This document shows positions 9,944 to 20,745 of a stretch of DNA of 64,000 nt, piece by piece. Under the pieces are notes generated by a model that did no database searches, was not told the origin of the DNA, and saw only the letters and a program-made list of their open reading frames with translations. Numbering within the stretch: the stretch's first letter is position 1; every line of letters begins with the position of its first letter. This DNA is from Thecamonas trahens ATCC 50062 (Eukaryota > Protista > Apusomonadida): assembly GCF_000142905.1 (NCBI RefSeq), contig NW_013657662.1, forward strand, positions 62,001 to 126,000, given 5' to 3'. Made by a program: the position numbers and the translations under genes.

Positions 9944-12022
9944 TTGACTCACATGCTGTGTGTGGGAAGTAGGATGGTCCGGATGATGTGGCTAAATGCT
10001 GGTGGAGGTGCGAGGGCTGGGTCGGCGGCGGCGGCGGCGGTGGACGCGCTGGTCAAGGGCAAGCTGCTGTCTCGGGCAGAGGACGCTGATCGACGAGGTG
10101 AGGAAGGTGCTACTGGTGGTCAACATGGAGGCCTGGGGGTCGGGCAAGGGATTTCTAGTCGTGAAGGTCTGCTTCAGCGCAAGCTGGCCAGGATGGAGGC
10201 TTCTAAAGGTCTGGATGCGCCGCGGCCGATCATGGACGGCTACTCGGTGGTGGACTTGGCGGAGCGAGGCGGGCTTGCCGGGCACGAGTTGAGTGCTGTG
10301 GCCAAAGCAGTGGCTCGTGCGGCAGATGCGGCGGAGGGGAGCCGCGATCCGGTGCCGGTCGAGGTGCTGCATGCGGTGGCGCGATCGGTGTTTGGGCATG
10401 CCGGCGGCTTGAGGGCGACCCAGGTCGAGGCCATCGCTGCGCTGATGGAGGGCAAGCACACGTTTGCTTCGCTACCGACCGGCGGCGGTAAGAGCCTCAT
10501 TTACCAGATGGCCGCGGCGCTGATGCCGGGCTTGACTCTTGTCGTCTCACCGCTGCTGGCCCTCATCTCGGAGCAGGCAACGCGGACCAACTCGTTCGGC
10601 ATTCCTTCGACCTTTATCACCTCGGCAACCTCGCGCGATACACGAGCGTGGATCGAGGGCTCGCTGGCCATGGCCAGTCAGCCCTATCAGCTGCCGTGCA
10701 AGATGCTGTTTGTTACGCCGGAGCGCGTGGCCCTGGACTCGTTCCAAAGCCTCGTCGCCGACCTATCCGCCAGCGGCCTCCTCTCGCTCTTTGCCATCGA
10801 TGAGGCCCACTGCATGTCCGAGTGGGGGCACGACTTTCGGCCGCACTATGCTGAGCTCGGTGTCCTCCACGACATTGCACCCGAAATCCCGGTCCTGGCG
10901 GCGTCCGGCACCGCGCCGCCGCGGGTCCGGCGCGACGTTGGTTCCATGCTCCTCGGCGACGCCAGCAAGTTCCATCTCGTTGCTGAGTCGTTTGACCGGC
11001 CGAACCTGACCTACGTGGTCCGGCCGAAAGAGTCGGATGTGGAGGACGACATTGCGGCGCTCATTGCCACCTCGTTTGCCGCCGAGTCGGGCATTGTCTA
11101 CTGTCTCACCACCCGCGACGCCGAGCGGGTGACTGAGCGGCTGGCCGAGTCGGGCATCGCCGCCGCGCACTACCATGGCGGCATGTCGCTTGCCGACCGC
11201 GCCAAGGCCCAAGAGGCCTGGTCATCCGGCGAGACACCGGTCCTCTGCACCACAGTCGCGTTTGGTCTGGGCATCGACAAGCTCGACGTCCGCTTTGTCA
11301 TCCATCACTCGCTCCCGATGTCGCTCGAGGGCTACTACCAACAGTCGGGCCGTGCGGGTCGCGACGGCAAGTCCGCCACCTGTGTGCTCTTCTACAAGCC
11401 GCAGGACCTGGTCCGCGCTGAAAAGGTTCAGTCCTCGACCGTCGTAGAGCACCCGGCTGTTGACGAATCGCCCGACGCCCCGCCGATCCTCCACCGCAAC
11501 CGTGAGTTCCAGATCAAGGACCAGCTCGACGACATCAAGCAGTTCTGCCTCGCCACCTCGTGCCGTCGCGCCCATGTCCTGAACCACTTTGGCGAGTTTG
11601 ATCCGCCGCGCGTCCAGGCCTCGCCCTGCTGCGACGTCTGCTCGCCACAGCTCGCCCCTACCCCCCGTGCCGAGCCGCCGCCCAAGCCGCGCGCTGGCCG
11701 CCGCACGACTTCAGGAAGCCGCCGCGCTCGCCCACGCCGCCGCGCCAGCCCAGCCCTCATCACCCCCGACGACCTCGGCTCCAGTGGCGTCCGTGGCCCA
11801 GCATCGATTCCCCACGCCCTTCGTGTCCTAGACTCCGCCCGCCAAGCCATCGCCACCCGTCGCGGCATCAAGCCGGCGCATGTCTTTTCCAAGGCCGCCC
11901 TCCTTGACCTCGCCCGCCGCCAGCCATCCACCATGGACGAGCTCCAAGCCATGGCCTCAATCCCCAACAAGAAGGCCGCCCTCTACGGCGAAGAGATCAT
12001 CGAGGTTCTCTCCCGACTGTGA
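9944..12022 (+). CDS. RecQ-family DNA helicase with Zn-binding and HRDC domains; start uncertain (next to the gap)
   Basis: LPTGGGKSLIYQ, VSPLLALI, IDEAHCMSEWGHDFRPHY, SFDRPNL, SGIVYC, TVAFGLGIDKLDVRFVIH, YYQQSGRAGRDG, CRR...HFGE...CCDVC, and a C-terminal HRDC (PAHVFSKAALLDLA...LYGEEII). Confidence 0.92.
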   Translation: MTHMLCVGSRMVRMMWLNAGGGARAGSAAAAAVDALVKGKLLSRAEDADRRGEEGATGGQHGGLGVGQGISSREGLLQRKLARMEASKGLDAPRPIMDGYSVVDLAERGGLAGHELSAVAKAVARAADAAEGSRDPVPVEVLHAVARSVFGHAGGLRATQVEAIAALMEGKHTFASLPTGGGKSLIYQMAAALMPGLTLVVSPLLALISEQATRTNSFGIPSTFITSATSRDTRAWIEGSLAMASQPYQLPCKMLFVTPERVALDSFQSLVADLSASGLLSLFAIDEAHCMSEWGHDFRPHYAELGVLHDIAPEIPVLAASGTAPPRVRRDVGSMLLGDASKFHLVAESFDRPNLTYVVRPKESDVEDDIAALIATSFAAESGIVYCLTTRDAERVTERLAESGIAAAHYHGGMSLADRAKAQEAWSSGETPVLCTTVAFGLGIDKLDVRFVIHHSLPMSLEGYYQQSGRAGRDGKSATCVLFYKPQDLVRAEKVQSSTVVEHPAVDESPDAPPILHRNREFQIKDQLDDIKQFCLATSCRRAHVLNHFGEFDPPRVQASPCCDVCSPQLAPTPRAEPPPKPRAGRRTTSGSRRARPRRRASPALITPDDLGSSGVRGPASIPHALRVLDSARQAIATRRGIKPAHVFSKAALLDLARRQPSTMDELQAMASIPNKKAALYGEEIIEVLSRL

Positions 12023-12168
12023 GCCCCTGATGATCGCCGTGGACCTCTAAACTGCAGCCATCGACGCATACGTCCCAAATCAACCGATGGTGGAGCCGAG
12101 CAGCGGCTCGCCAGACAGGACTCAAGCGGCTGGCCACTCGTCTCTTGTCGGCACATCAGCTGTCAAAC

Positions 12169-12685
12169 ATGGGCAAGGGAGACGGCGGCAAGAAGAAGAG
12201 CAAGGGCAAGCCGAAGCATGGCGATGATGCGCCTGTCTTTGCTGATGACGATCGCTTTGCCCGCATGCATCATGATCCTCGCTTCATGAGTCGGCCCAAG
12301 AAGGAGCGCAAGGTCAAGATCGACCACCGGTTCAAGGCCATGTTTGACGACCCACGCTTCCAGACACAGGGTACGTATAGCTCCCATAATCACCATCTAC
12401 ATACCCCCTCCTCCCTTCTCCCTCCTCACCAACTCTGGCTGTCACCACTGTCCGCCACCCTCAGCTCCAGCTGTTCTCCTCCCCCCCCTCCCCCCCACTT
12501 TGGATGGATGGGCCAAAGTCGACCATCCTCTCGGGAGAGGGGGACCGAGACGGGTCGGGCGGCTATGACCATGGCCATGGATGACACACTCACATATTAC
12601 ATGCATGGAGAATAGCATCCGTTGACAAGTACGGGCGCAAGAACAAGGTCTCGCAGGCCGAGGAACTGTCAAAGTTCTACGAGCT

Positions 12686-12718
<33 letters not shown>

Positions 12719-14658
12719 CCGAGTCGGCTCGGGCTCGGGCTCTGGCTCTGGCGAGGCTGCTGGTAGTGATGTCGAGGCCGGATCTGGCTCTGAGACTGAA
12801 TCGGTCTCGGGCGGTTCCGAGTCTGGATCCAGCAGCAACAAGCCGATGTATGATCCTTCGCGTGGTATCGGGATCATCTCCGAGTACTCCGAGTCCGAGT
12901 CTGAGGATGAGGATGCGGCCAAGTTTGAGGAGGAGGACTCGAGTGTGGAGGAGGGCTATGTGGTGCAGGACACAGTGTCGAAGGAAAAGGTGCCGGTGGG
13001 AGATGCGCATCGGCGGCTGGCGATCATGAACTTGGACTGGGAGTACATCAAGGCTGTCGATCTGCTGGCGATCCTGCAGTCGTTCTGCCCGCCGGCCGGC
13101 TCAGTCATCTCGGTCACCATCTACCCTTCGCAGTTTGGTGCGGAGCAGATGGCAATCGAGGACAAGCACGGACCGCAGCTTGAGGATCCCGCCGAGGAGG
13201 GCGAGGAGAAGCTGTACAAGGTCGACGCCGAGTCGCTCAACCAGGTCAACGACGCAGCCAAGGATGAGGTCGACAAGGCCAAGCTCCGGGCGTACCAGCT
13301 CCGCAAGATGCGGTACTACTACGCCGTGGCCGTGGCCGACAGCGTGGAGACTGCACATGCGATCTACGAGCAGGTGGACGGGATGGAGCTTCTGCAGTCG
13401 TCCAACTTTATGGATCTCCGCTATGTGCCGGACGAGGTCGAGTTCAACGACTTTCCGCCGCGCGAGACAGCGACGACGGTGCCGTCCAACTACACGCCGC
13501 CGGACTTTTCACCCGGGCCAAGCAGCACACTAACGTCGAACTGACGTGGGACACCACGCCGCACGATCGGGTCAAGGTCACCCAGCGCAAGTTTACCAAG
13601 GACGAGCTCCGTGACATGGACTTCAAGGCGTACCTCGCGTCGGTCTCAGACTCGTCGACCGATGACGACGAGGCAGAGGCCCTTGCCACTGCCGCCAAGG
13701 CAGCCGATAAGCTCGACGCCGAGGAGCGCAAGAAGATCAAGCGCAAGTCCAAGCGCAACAAGTACCGTTCGCTGCTGTTTGGCTCGGGCGAGCAGAAGAG
13801 CAGCGCGTCGTCGTCGGACGCCAGCAGTTCGGGCGAGGACGACTCGGCGTCGGACTCGGACGTGTCGTCGTCGAGCTCGATTGCCCCCGCCAATGACGAT
13901 GGCGACGTCATCACGTTCCAGACCGGCGTCCGCTCCGAGGTCTCTCAGCTTGTCCGCGCCAAGCTCGCCGCCAAGCAGGCCGACGGGGACGACGAGGGGA
14001 CCGGCAAGGTCGACGACGGGCTCACCCTCGGCCAGCGATACCTGGCCAGGAAAAGGAGCGCCGCCGGGAGTACCGCCGGCAGAGGAAGCTCGAGCTCAAG
14101 CAGGAACAGCTAGAGGCTGAGCTCGAGGCTAAGATGGCGGGCGGCAAGAAGCGCAAGCGCGGGAGCAAGCCCGGCGACGAACTTGATGCCAAGGCCCGGG
14201 CCCAGCTCGAGCTCCTCATGTCAGGCTCCGGATCTGACTCGGAGGACGACGGGACGGGCAACTTTGACTTCCGCAACGTGGTCAAGGCATACAAGGAGGA
14301 GACTGCGCCGAAGCGCAAGCGGCGGAAGCGCGGCAAGAAGCAGGCGGAGAGCGCGAGCAAGGCGTCGAGCCAGTTTGATGTCGATGTCAACGACTCGCGC
14401 TTTGCCCCGCTCCTCACCTCGGCCGCCTTTGCCATCGATCCCAACGATCCCCGGTTTATGCGGACGCGTGGAATGGACACCATCCTCGAGGAGCGCCGCA
14501 AGCATAGCGAGGCTGTTCGCGAGGCCGAGGCCGCCGAGGCCCGCGCCGGCGGCACCACGGCCACCAAGACTGAGCCAGCGAATGACGGTAACGACATCAA
14601 GTCGCTTGTCCAGCGCGCCAAGGCCCGGTCCAAGCGCCGTCGTCGGCGGCGGCGGTGA
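12169..14658 (+). CDS. ESF1: Pre-rRNA processing protein ESF1; intron 12371-12615; apparent frameshifts at 13506-13509 and 14051-14054
   Basis: DDRFARMHHDPRF...KVKIDHRFKAMF; splicing GTACGT...AATAG gives ASVDKYGR. Also RRLAIMNLDWEYIKAVDL, IYPSQFG, LRAYQLRKMRYYYAV, DLRYVPD, VELTWD and the NUC153 motif VDVNDSRFAPL...FAIDPNDPRF. Confidence 0.92.
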
Positions 14659-14862
14659 TCCATCGCATAAAACATGGCCCATCCCTCACGCACGCCCGAC
14701 CGTCAAGCCACCCGTCCCAAGTCGCACCCTGCCCGGCCCGCCTCGTCGTCCCCCGGCCGTCCAACCGGACACACGCTCGGTCCGCACCCCTCACCACACC
14801 CACCCCACCGCAGCACCGAGCTTCAGGCCCACGGCCTCTCTCCTCCCCACCCCTACACACGT

Positions 14863-14894
14863 ACACACACACACACACACACGCACACACACAC
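14863..14894. repeat. (CA)n microsatellite
   Basis: acacacac tract upstream of the ankyrin-Sec8 gene. Confidence 0.85.
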
Positions 14895-14934
14895 GCGACT
14901 CGTAGTTTGAGGTATTGCTGGGGAAGTGGCCGGT

Positions 14935-17900
14935 ATGAGTGGGGCAGACGAGCTGTTTGAGGCCATTGAAGCTGGCGATGAGGAGGGGGTGGAGGAGGCC
15001 ATCGACGACCATGGCCTCAATGTCAACACACTGCTGGATCCGCTAGCCAACACTCCGCTACATGCTGCTGTACGGGCGGGGTCCGAATCGGTTATATCGC
15101 TGTTGCTCGAGACGTATCGCGCTGATGTCACTGTTCGCAATCCGGTCACTCTCGAGACCGCTCTGCATGTGGCGGCTCAGTCGGGCGATGTGCGTGCTGC
15201 CATGACCTTGTTGGGCACGCGCGGTGCGGACTCGGTGCTGGATGCTCGTGATGAGTACGGTGCGACGGCGTTGCACTATGCTGCGCGTCTGCTGCATGCT
15301 GATCTCGTGGAGCTGCTCCTCGACGCCGGCGCTGCGCCCAACATCCGCGATGAGGACGAGGCCACTCCGCTTTCGCTGGCCCGCGCCTCGGCAGCAAGCG
15401 CCCGCCGGAGAGACGAGGCCGAGGCTGCGCTGGCGCTCATCGAAGAGGCCATTGCGCTTGAGGGTGGAGAGGTGTCGGACGATCCGCCGCCGGCCCCTGA
15501 GCCTACCGCCCGTATCACGCCGCCGCCCGCGGTTGATCTTGACCCGAGACCCACGCCTGAGCTCGCGCCCACGTCCGTCGTCACTGATGATGGCACGACG
15601 AGCACGCTCAAGAGAGACTCGTCGTCTTCTGTCAACGGCAGCAGTGCCAGCAACGGTACAGGTGGCAAGGGCGGGCGGCGTGGGCGGCGAAAGCGCCATC
15701 GTCGCCATCGAGGTGGAACAGGGCGCAGTGGCAGTCGTGGTGGCGACAACGAGCTGTTTGCATTTGTGAAGACGGCTGATGTCAACGAGAATGCGTCGGA
15801 GCAGGCACTTATGCAGCAGCTGGACTCGGTCTCCGAGCTGAAGGGCGAGCTGGCCATGTTTGCGCAAGTCCTTGCCACCGTCTCGCCCGAGTTTCGGGTC
15901 GACGACTTTAACGCGCTCCCAATTGTCATCGACATCATCAAGAACCAAGACGCCGAGCGGTATGCCAAGCTCGAGTCGTGGGATGCCATGTTTGACAAGA
16001 TCATGAGCATTGTGGTCAAGCGATACGACGAGCCGCTCAACACCTCGATTGCCAACTTTGGCAAGGTTGCGTCGTCGGTGGCGACGGCGCAGGACTCGGT
16101 GGTGGCGCTCAAGGACTCGCTGCAGTCGATGAAGTCGCTCCTCGCCCTCCGCACGCGCAATGTCAAGCGACTCTATGCATCGACGCTGCAGCACAAGGAG
16201 GAGCTCCGCATTCTTAAGCTCGTCCAGGCCATGGTGGCAGTGCCGGCCACGCTTGACGCGCACATTGCCGCGGGTGAGTACCGCGCTGCGGTGCGGACGC
16301 TCAACGCGGCCATCGCCGACATGTGCTCTGAGGACTTGCAGAACGTCGGGGCGCTCAACGAGGTCATGCGCACGCTCTTTGACAAGCGGACCGAGTACTA
16401 CACGCTGCTTACAGGTGAGCTCATCGACGTGCTCTACCTGCACTCGGTCCCCATGGCAGCTGGCAGTGACGATGCCGAGCCTGCCGAGCGCATGGCCGAT
16501 CTTGTGGGCGCACTTGCCGAGCTCGAGTCGCTGTCGAGCGCGCTCAAGCTCCTCGGCTCGACGCTGCATGGCGAGCTCAAGCGGATTGTGGGTGCAGGCG
16601 TGGTCGAAGTGGCCAAGGTGTGTGGCGGAAGCAGGTGCGAGTCGAGCAGTGACGCTCCGGGAACAGTGCTGGAGGCCGGCGGAGTGTTTGCGACTCGAAT
16701 CCCGCTGCAGGTGCTTATTGGCATGATAGCCCGACGGTTCCGGACGCTGCTGGCGAGGTTCGACTTTCTTCTCCACGCGCTCGAGGAGGCGCTGGTCCGC
16801 GGCTGGCTGGTCCGGGCCGAGGGCGAGGCTTCGCTAGTCCGGCCGGTTGCAGTTGCCACGGTCGATGCCGAGACTACTGTGGTCAAGCTCGACGTGCTCA
16901 CCTCGGCCATTCCGGGCTACTCGGCTCTTTTTACGCTCAGCGACGTGTGGGCGGCGATGCAGCTCGAGCTCGAGCTCCTGCTCTGTGACTACCTCGGGCT
17001 GCCCAAGTCGGCCATCAAGCTGCTCGACGCACAAGTGTCGGGTGACAGTGACGACGGTGATGATGGCGGTGGCAAGGCGGTCCGCAGCGCGGAACGGGCC
17101 GCGACTGTCGCGGCCCGCGGCTCGGGATGGCTCCGCCGCCGTCGCCAGTCGCTGGCGCCGGGTTTGCTGGCGGCCGACAAGGAACTGTTCAAGTTTGAAA
17201 GCACCCTGTACGACGACGGAACTGGCAGCAGCGAGGCCAGGGCCGGGCCAGAGCTCCTTGTAGCACCATCGGCGTACAACGTGGTCGGGATGTACGTTCC
17301 GGTGATGGAGCTGCTGGAAGCTTGTTGCACCGAGTCGGGGCTCTCGGAGCTTGGCAACGGCGCCGCTCCTGCGCCCCGCAGCGAGAGCTCGCACGTCTAT
17401 GTGCTCGAACTGAGCTCAGTGCCAGAGGCGATGCAGGCAGCAGTGGTGCGGGCGGACGACGACGTGGAGCAGCTCACCGCGGCGGGAATGCTGGACGGAT
17501 GTGTCAAGCTCCACACGATGTGGCGGGCAGGTCAGTCCACAAGCGCTGGCGGCGAGGCGAGTGGTGCGGCGAGCAGCGGAGGCAAATTGCTGAGCGGTCT
17601 TGCCATGCCGGGCAGCCGGGCGGCACAGAGTCACATGTTTCAGTTTCTCTACCACTTTGTTGAGAACGAGATGCTCGAGCGTGTGGCAGCTGACTACGAG
17701 GCGCGGGCATGTGCGGTGATGGACGGACCAGACGCGTTCACGCCGCGGGGACGCGAGCCACGGCCGCGGTACGATCGGTCATCGCCGCGGCGGCCGCTAC
17801 TTGTGTCGAGCCTCGGGGTGCATGCGCTGCTGCTGGAGCTCAATCAGATTGCGATGGCGCTGCCGCATCATGCTGGACGAGTGGCACAGATCATGGAGAG

Positions 17901-19266
17901 CATCGTGCTGCAGTACTGGGAGCGTTGTCAGATCCGGTTTGCCGAGACAGTGTCGGAGACGGCGGTGGAAGAGCTTCTGTGTATGCGTGAGCTCGTGGCG
18001 CACTTGACGGCCGATCCGGGGTGGCGGCGCGTGCAAGCGCAGAGTGTGGCGGTGCACGGTGCGTCTGGGGCGTGGGACGATCGGTTGGGCCGGACGGTGT
18101 GGGTCGACGCAGGGCTGCGGCTGGCCGATGCCGGGTGGCTAGTGGCCGACCCGCAGCGGCCACGAGGCGCGGCGAGCGATGCAGGACAGGCGCGCGCTGG
18201 CGAGCGGGCCAAGAGTTCGCGCGCGTTTGTGCAGGAAGAGCTCGCGCTGATGGACCGCCTGCTTGAAAGTCCGCCGGGTAAGGCAGCTCTGCTAGGCGGC
18301 GAAGGCGTCATCCCACTCCTCGCGGCGCTCTGTGACTCGACCGAATGGCTGGCGGGACGAATCGATGCGCTCGGATACGGGGCCGGCTCTGCAGCTGTGG
18401 AGACGGCGTACGACCCGCCGCACTCGGTCATGCTCTGCTCTATGCATGCGCGCGCAAGTGAGGTCGAGGAGCGCAGCGTGCGGCGGCGCGGAGCGTCGCG
18501 GCTGGCGGGAGTGACACGGCCGCTGCGGGCATGGCTTTGCAGAGAGATGCCGAACGCCGCAGGTGGCGGCGCGGGACGGTCGGGAGTGGTGTCGCGCGAC
18601 CGGGAGGCGCGGTGCTGTTCGCGGGCTGGGCTGGCGGTTGCACTGGCGGGAGCAGCACATCTTGTGCGTTCGCAGGCGTTGGCAACTAACCTTGCGGCGC
18701 TCTCTGACAAGCTGCGGGCGCTCTCGGAAAAGGTTGTGTTTGCGCTTCGGCTAGAGGTCCGTGTCCGGTGCTACCACCACCTGCAGTCGATCCGTGAGGT
18801 GCGGTACGAGGAGGCGTCGCTGGCCACGCAGCCTGACGCGTTTGTGGTAGAGCTGAACAAGGAGCTGACGGCGATGGCGACCGAGCTGGCGGCGTACATG
18901 TCGGTGAGCAAGGTGAGCTACGTGTTTGGCGGAGTAGAGGCCGTCCAGGGTCGCATTCTGGTCGGCTCGATGGCGTTTGTGACGCAGGTCTCGACAGCCG
19001 GCATCGGCAAGCTCGAGCGCAACGTGGTGGCACTGCAGCAGACACTCTCCTCGCTGGTGGCTGTGGACGAAGTTCACTACGAGCGAGCACGGTCGTACTT
19101 TGAGCTCCTCAAGCTCTCGATCAAGAAGTTCCTGTCGACAGTCTCGGACGCGTCGCTCGACTTTAGCGCCGAGGACTTTCGCCATGCGCTCCGCATCATC
19201 AGCGGCGGGAGAGTGGTCGAGAGCGCAGTGGAGATCCTGGAGCGGTTGCTCCAGCAGCAAGCATAG
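14935..19266 (+). CDS. EXOC4: Exocyst component Sec8/EXOC4 with N-terminal ankyrin repeats
   Basis: Ankyrin motifs TPLHAAV, TALHVAA, GATALHYAA and ATPLSLA. Sec8 N-terminal region (LNTSIANF...LKDSL...VPATLDAHI...ELIDVLYL) and Sec8 C-terminus (LRLEVRVRC, PDAFVVELNKEL, YVFGG, RNVVALQQTL, RARSYFELL). Confidence 0.82.
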   Translation: MSGADELFEAIEAGDEEGVEEAIDDHGLNVNTLLDPLANTPLHAAVRAGSESVISLLLETYRADVTVRNPVTLETALHVAAQSGDVRAAMTLLGTRGADSVLDARDEYGATALHYAARLLHADLVELLLDAGAAPNIRDEDEATPLSLARASAASARRRDEAEAALALIEEAIALEGGEVSDDPPPAPEPTARITPPPAVDLDPRPTPELAPTSVVTDDGTTSTLKRDSSSSVNGSSASNGTGGKGGRRGRRKRHRRHRGGTGRSGSRGGDNELFAFVKTADVNENASEQALMQQLDSVSELKGELAMFAQVLATVSPEFRVDDFNALPIVIDIIKNQDAERYAKLESWDAMFDKIMSIVVKRYDEPLNTSIANFGKVASSVATAQDSVVALKDSLQSMKSLLALRTRNVKRLYASTLQHKEELRILKLVQAMVAVPATLDAHIAAGEYRAAVRTLNAAIADMCSEDLQNVGALNEVMRTLFDKRTEYYTLLTGELIDVLYLHSVPMAAGSDDAEPAERMADLVGALAELESLSSALKLLGSTLHGELKRIVGAGVVEVAKVCGGSRCESSSDAPGTVLEAGGVFATRIPLQVLIGMIARRFRTLLARFDFLLHALEEALVRGWLVRAEGEASLVRPVAVATVDAETTVVKLDVLTSAIPGYSALFTLSDVWAAMQLELELLLCDYLGLPKSAIKLLDAQVSGDSDDGDDGGGKAVRSAERAATVAARGSGWLRRRRQSLAPGLLAADKELFKFESTLYDDGTGSSEARAGPELLVAPSAYNVVGMYVPVMELLEACCTESGLSELGNGAAPAPRSESSHVYVLELSSVPEAMQAAVVRADDDVEQLTAAGMLDGCVKLHTMWRAGQSTSAGGEASGAASSGGKLLSGLAMPGSRAAQSHMFQFLYHFVENEMLERVAADYEARACAVMDGPDAFTPRGREPRPRYDRSSPRRPLLVSSLGVHALLLELNQIAMALPHHAGRVAQIMESIVLQYWERCQIRFAETVSETAVEELLCMRELVAHLTADPGWRRVQAQSVAVHGASGAWDDRLGRTVWVDAGLRLADAGWLVADPQRPRGAASDAGQARAGERAKSSRAFVQEELALMDRLLESPPGKAALLGGEGVIPLLAALCDSTEWLAGRIDALGYGAGSAAVETAYDPPHSVMLCSMHARASEVEERSVRRRGASRLAGVTRPLRAWLCREMPNAAGGGAGRSGVVSRDREARCCSRAGLAVALAGAAHLVRSQALATNLAALSDKLRALSEKVVFALRLEVRVRCYHHLQSIREVRYEEASLATQPDAFVVELNKELTAMATELAAYMSVSKVSYVFGGVEAVQGRILVGSMAFVTQVSTAGIGKLERNVVALQQTLSSLVAVDEVHYERARSYFELLKLSIKKFLSTVSDASLDFSAEDFRHALRIISGGRVVESAVEILERLLQQQA

Positions 19267-19368
19267 GCAGGTCGGTAGGCATGTTGTAAAGCGGCTCCGC
19301 CACGGCAGTATTGTCGGCAATTTGTCCACCTCTCTCGCGTGCTTGCAGCAACACGAGAGGGATACATC

Positions 19369-20745
19369 ATGGCCACAAACGATGACGGCAACAGGATGTT
19401 TGTCATGGGCATGATGTCTGGGACGTCGATGGATGGAATCGACTGCGCAATTGTGGAGTTTGCCAAGCTGGAGGGTAGAGCCGTGGATGACGAGGTGGAT
19501 GATGTCCGCGGCAGCAAGTGGCTGCCATTGGCCCGGCCACCTGCGCCGCTTTCGCCGCTGGGCGCGAGCCACGTCCGACTGGTGGCGTACTCGGAGACAC
19601 CGTATGCTGCTGAGACGCTGCAAGCGCTGCGCGGGCTGGTAGAAGGTGGCGCACAACGTGCGCTCGAGGTGGTTGGTGCGGTGTGCCGCGCGAATGCGGC
19701 CGTGGGTGAGGCCTTTGCCCGAGCTGCGGTCGAGCTTCTCGCTGCTGTCAACGAGGACACGGGCAGCCGAGTGGCGCTCGTCGCCTCGCACGGCCAGACC
19801 ATCTTCCACTACCCAGAGCGGGTGGACCAAGTGGACGAGCTTGCCGATGCTGTTTCCACGCTACAGATTGGCGAGCCGGCACGAATCGCGGTGGCGACGG
19901 GCCTCCCGGTCATAGCCGACTTTCGGCAAGCCGACATGGCGGTCGGCGGCGCCGGCGCGCCGTTGATTCCGTTTGTGGACGCAGTACTCTTTCGTGACGT
20001 CGAGGGGCTGGAGGCGCGAGTCCTGGTCAACTTGGGTGGCATTGCCAACGTCAGTCTGGTGTCACCGCGGTCCGCTGATCTGCTACTGGCCTACGACACC
20101 GGGCCGGCAAACATGCTGGTGGACGAGCTCGTCCGCGCCGCCGAACTCGGGGTATGCGACGAAGGCGGGGCGATTGCGGCTTGTGGGACGCCGTCGAGCG
20201 AGGCCGTGGACGCCGTGCTCGCTGCCGAGCCGTTCTTTGCGGCGGCTCCGCCCAAGGCGACCGGCCGTGAGCTATTTGGAGCAGCCTTTCTCAACGAGGT
20301 GCTCAAGCCTGCGTTTGAACGAGCGACGGGCTGTGACGCCGAGTCTGCAAATGTGGTGGCCGATCTGGTGGCGACAGCGACGCTACTCTCGGCGCGATCG
20401 CTGGTACAGAGCGTGGCGGCAGCGAGTCGTGACGTTCCGGGCTTTGCCGCCGGTGGCCCTGTCCTCCGGCTCATCTGCTCGGGCGGTGGCGTCCACAACG
20501 CTAGCCTGATGTCCATGATTGCAAGCGAGGCTGCGGCCGAGCTCGGCTCGATCGGCTGGGCCGCGGTCCACGTCGATGACGTCTCGCAGCACACGGGCTG
20601 TGCCGACTTTGCGTCTGCCAAGGAGGCCATTGGTTTTGCCATTCTCGGCTACGCCAGCCTTCATTTGCTACCATCGAATGTGCCGTCGGCAACCGGGGCG
20701 AGGCGGCCTGCGATCCTTGGCACGATGACGTATCCGCCACCGTGA
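19369..20745 (+). CDS. anmK: Anhydro-N-acetylmuramic acid kinase (AnmK / levoglucosan kinase family)
   Basis: GMMSGTSMDGID, SHGQT, TLQIG, DFRQADMAVGGAGAPLIPFVD, NLGGIAN, YDTGPANMLVD, PKATGRELF, GGGVHN, KEAIGFAILG and PSATGA. Confidence 0.92.
   Translation: MATNDDGNRMFVMGMMSGTSMDGIDCAIVEFAKLEGRAVDDEVDDVRGSKWLPLARPPAPLSPLGASHVRLVAYSETPYAAETLQALRGLVEGGAQRALEVVGAVCRANAAVGEAFARAAVELLAAVNEDTGSRVALVASHGQTIFHYPERVDQVDELADAVSTLQIGEPARIAVATGLPVIADFRQADMAVGGAGAPLIPFVDAVLFRDVEGLEARVLVNLGGIANVSLVSPRSADLLLAYDTGPANMLVDELVRAAELGVCDEGGAIAACGTPSSEAVDAVLAAEPFFAAAPPKATGRELFGAAFLNEVLKPAFERATGCDAESANVVADLVATATLLSARSLVQSVAAASRDVPGFAAGGPVLRLICSGGGVHNASLMSMIASEAAAELGSIGWAAVHVDDVSQHTGCADFASAKEAIGFAILGYASLHLLPSNVPSATGARRPAILGTMTYPPP

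Noticed and set aside
12169-14658. ESF1 and the other frameshifted genes as pseudogenes or programmed-frameshift genes
   Set aside because: Motifs are intact, there are no nonsense mutations and no shared slippery heptamer. Homopolymer sequencing error is the simpler explanation.
19369-20745. AnmK (and KdtA) as bacterial contamination or a mobile island
   Set aside because: Both are contiguous with eukaryotic genes without an adjacent gap and share the local composition. There are no operon partners, integrase or terminal repeats.
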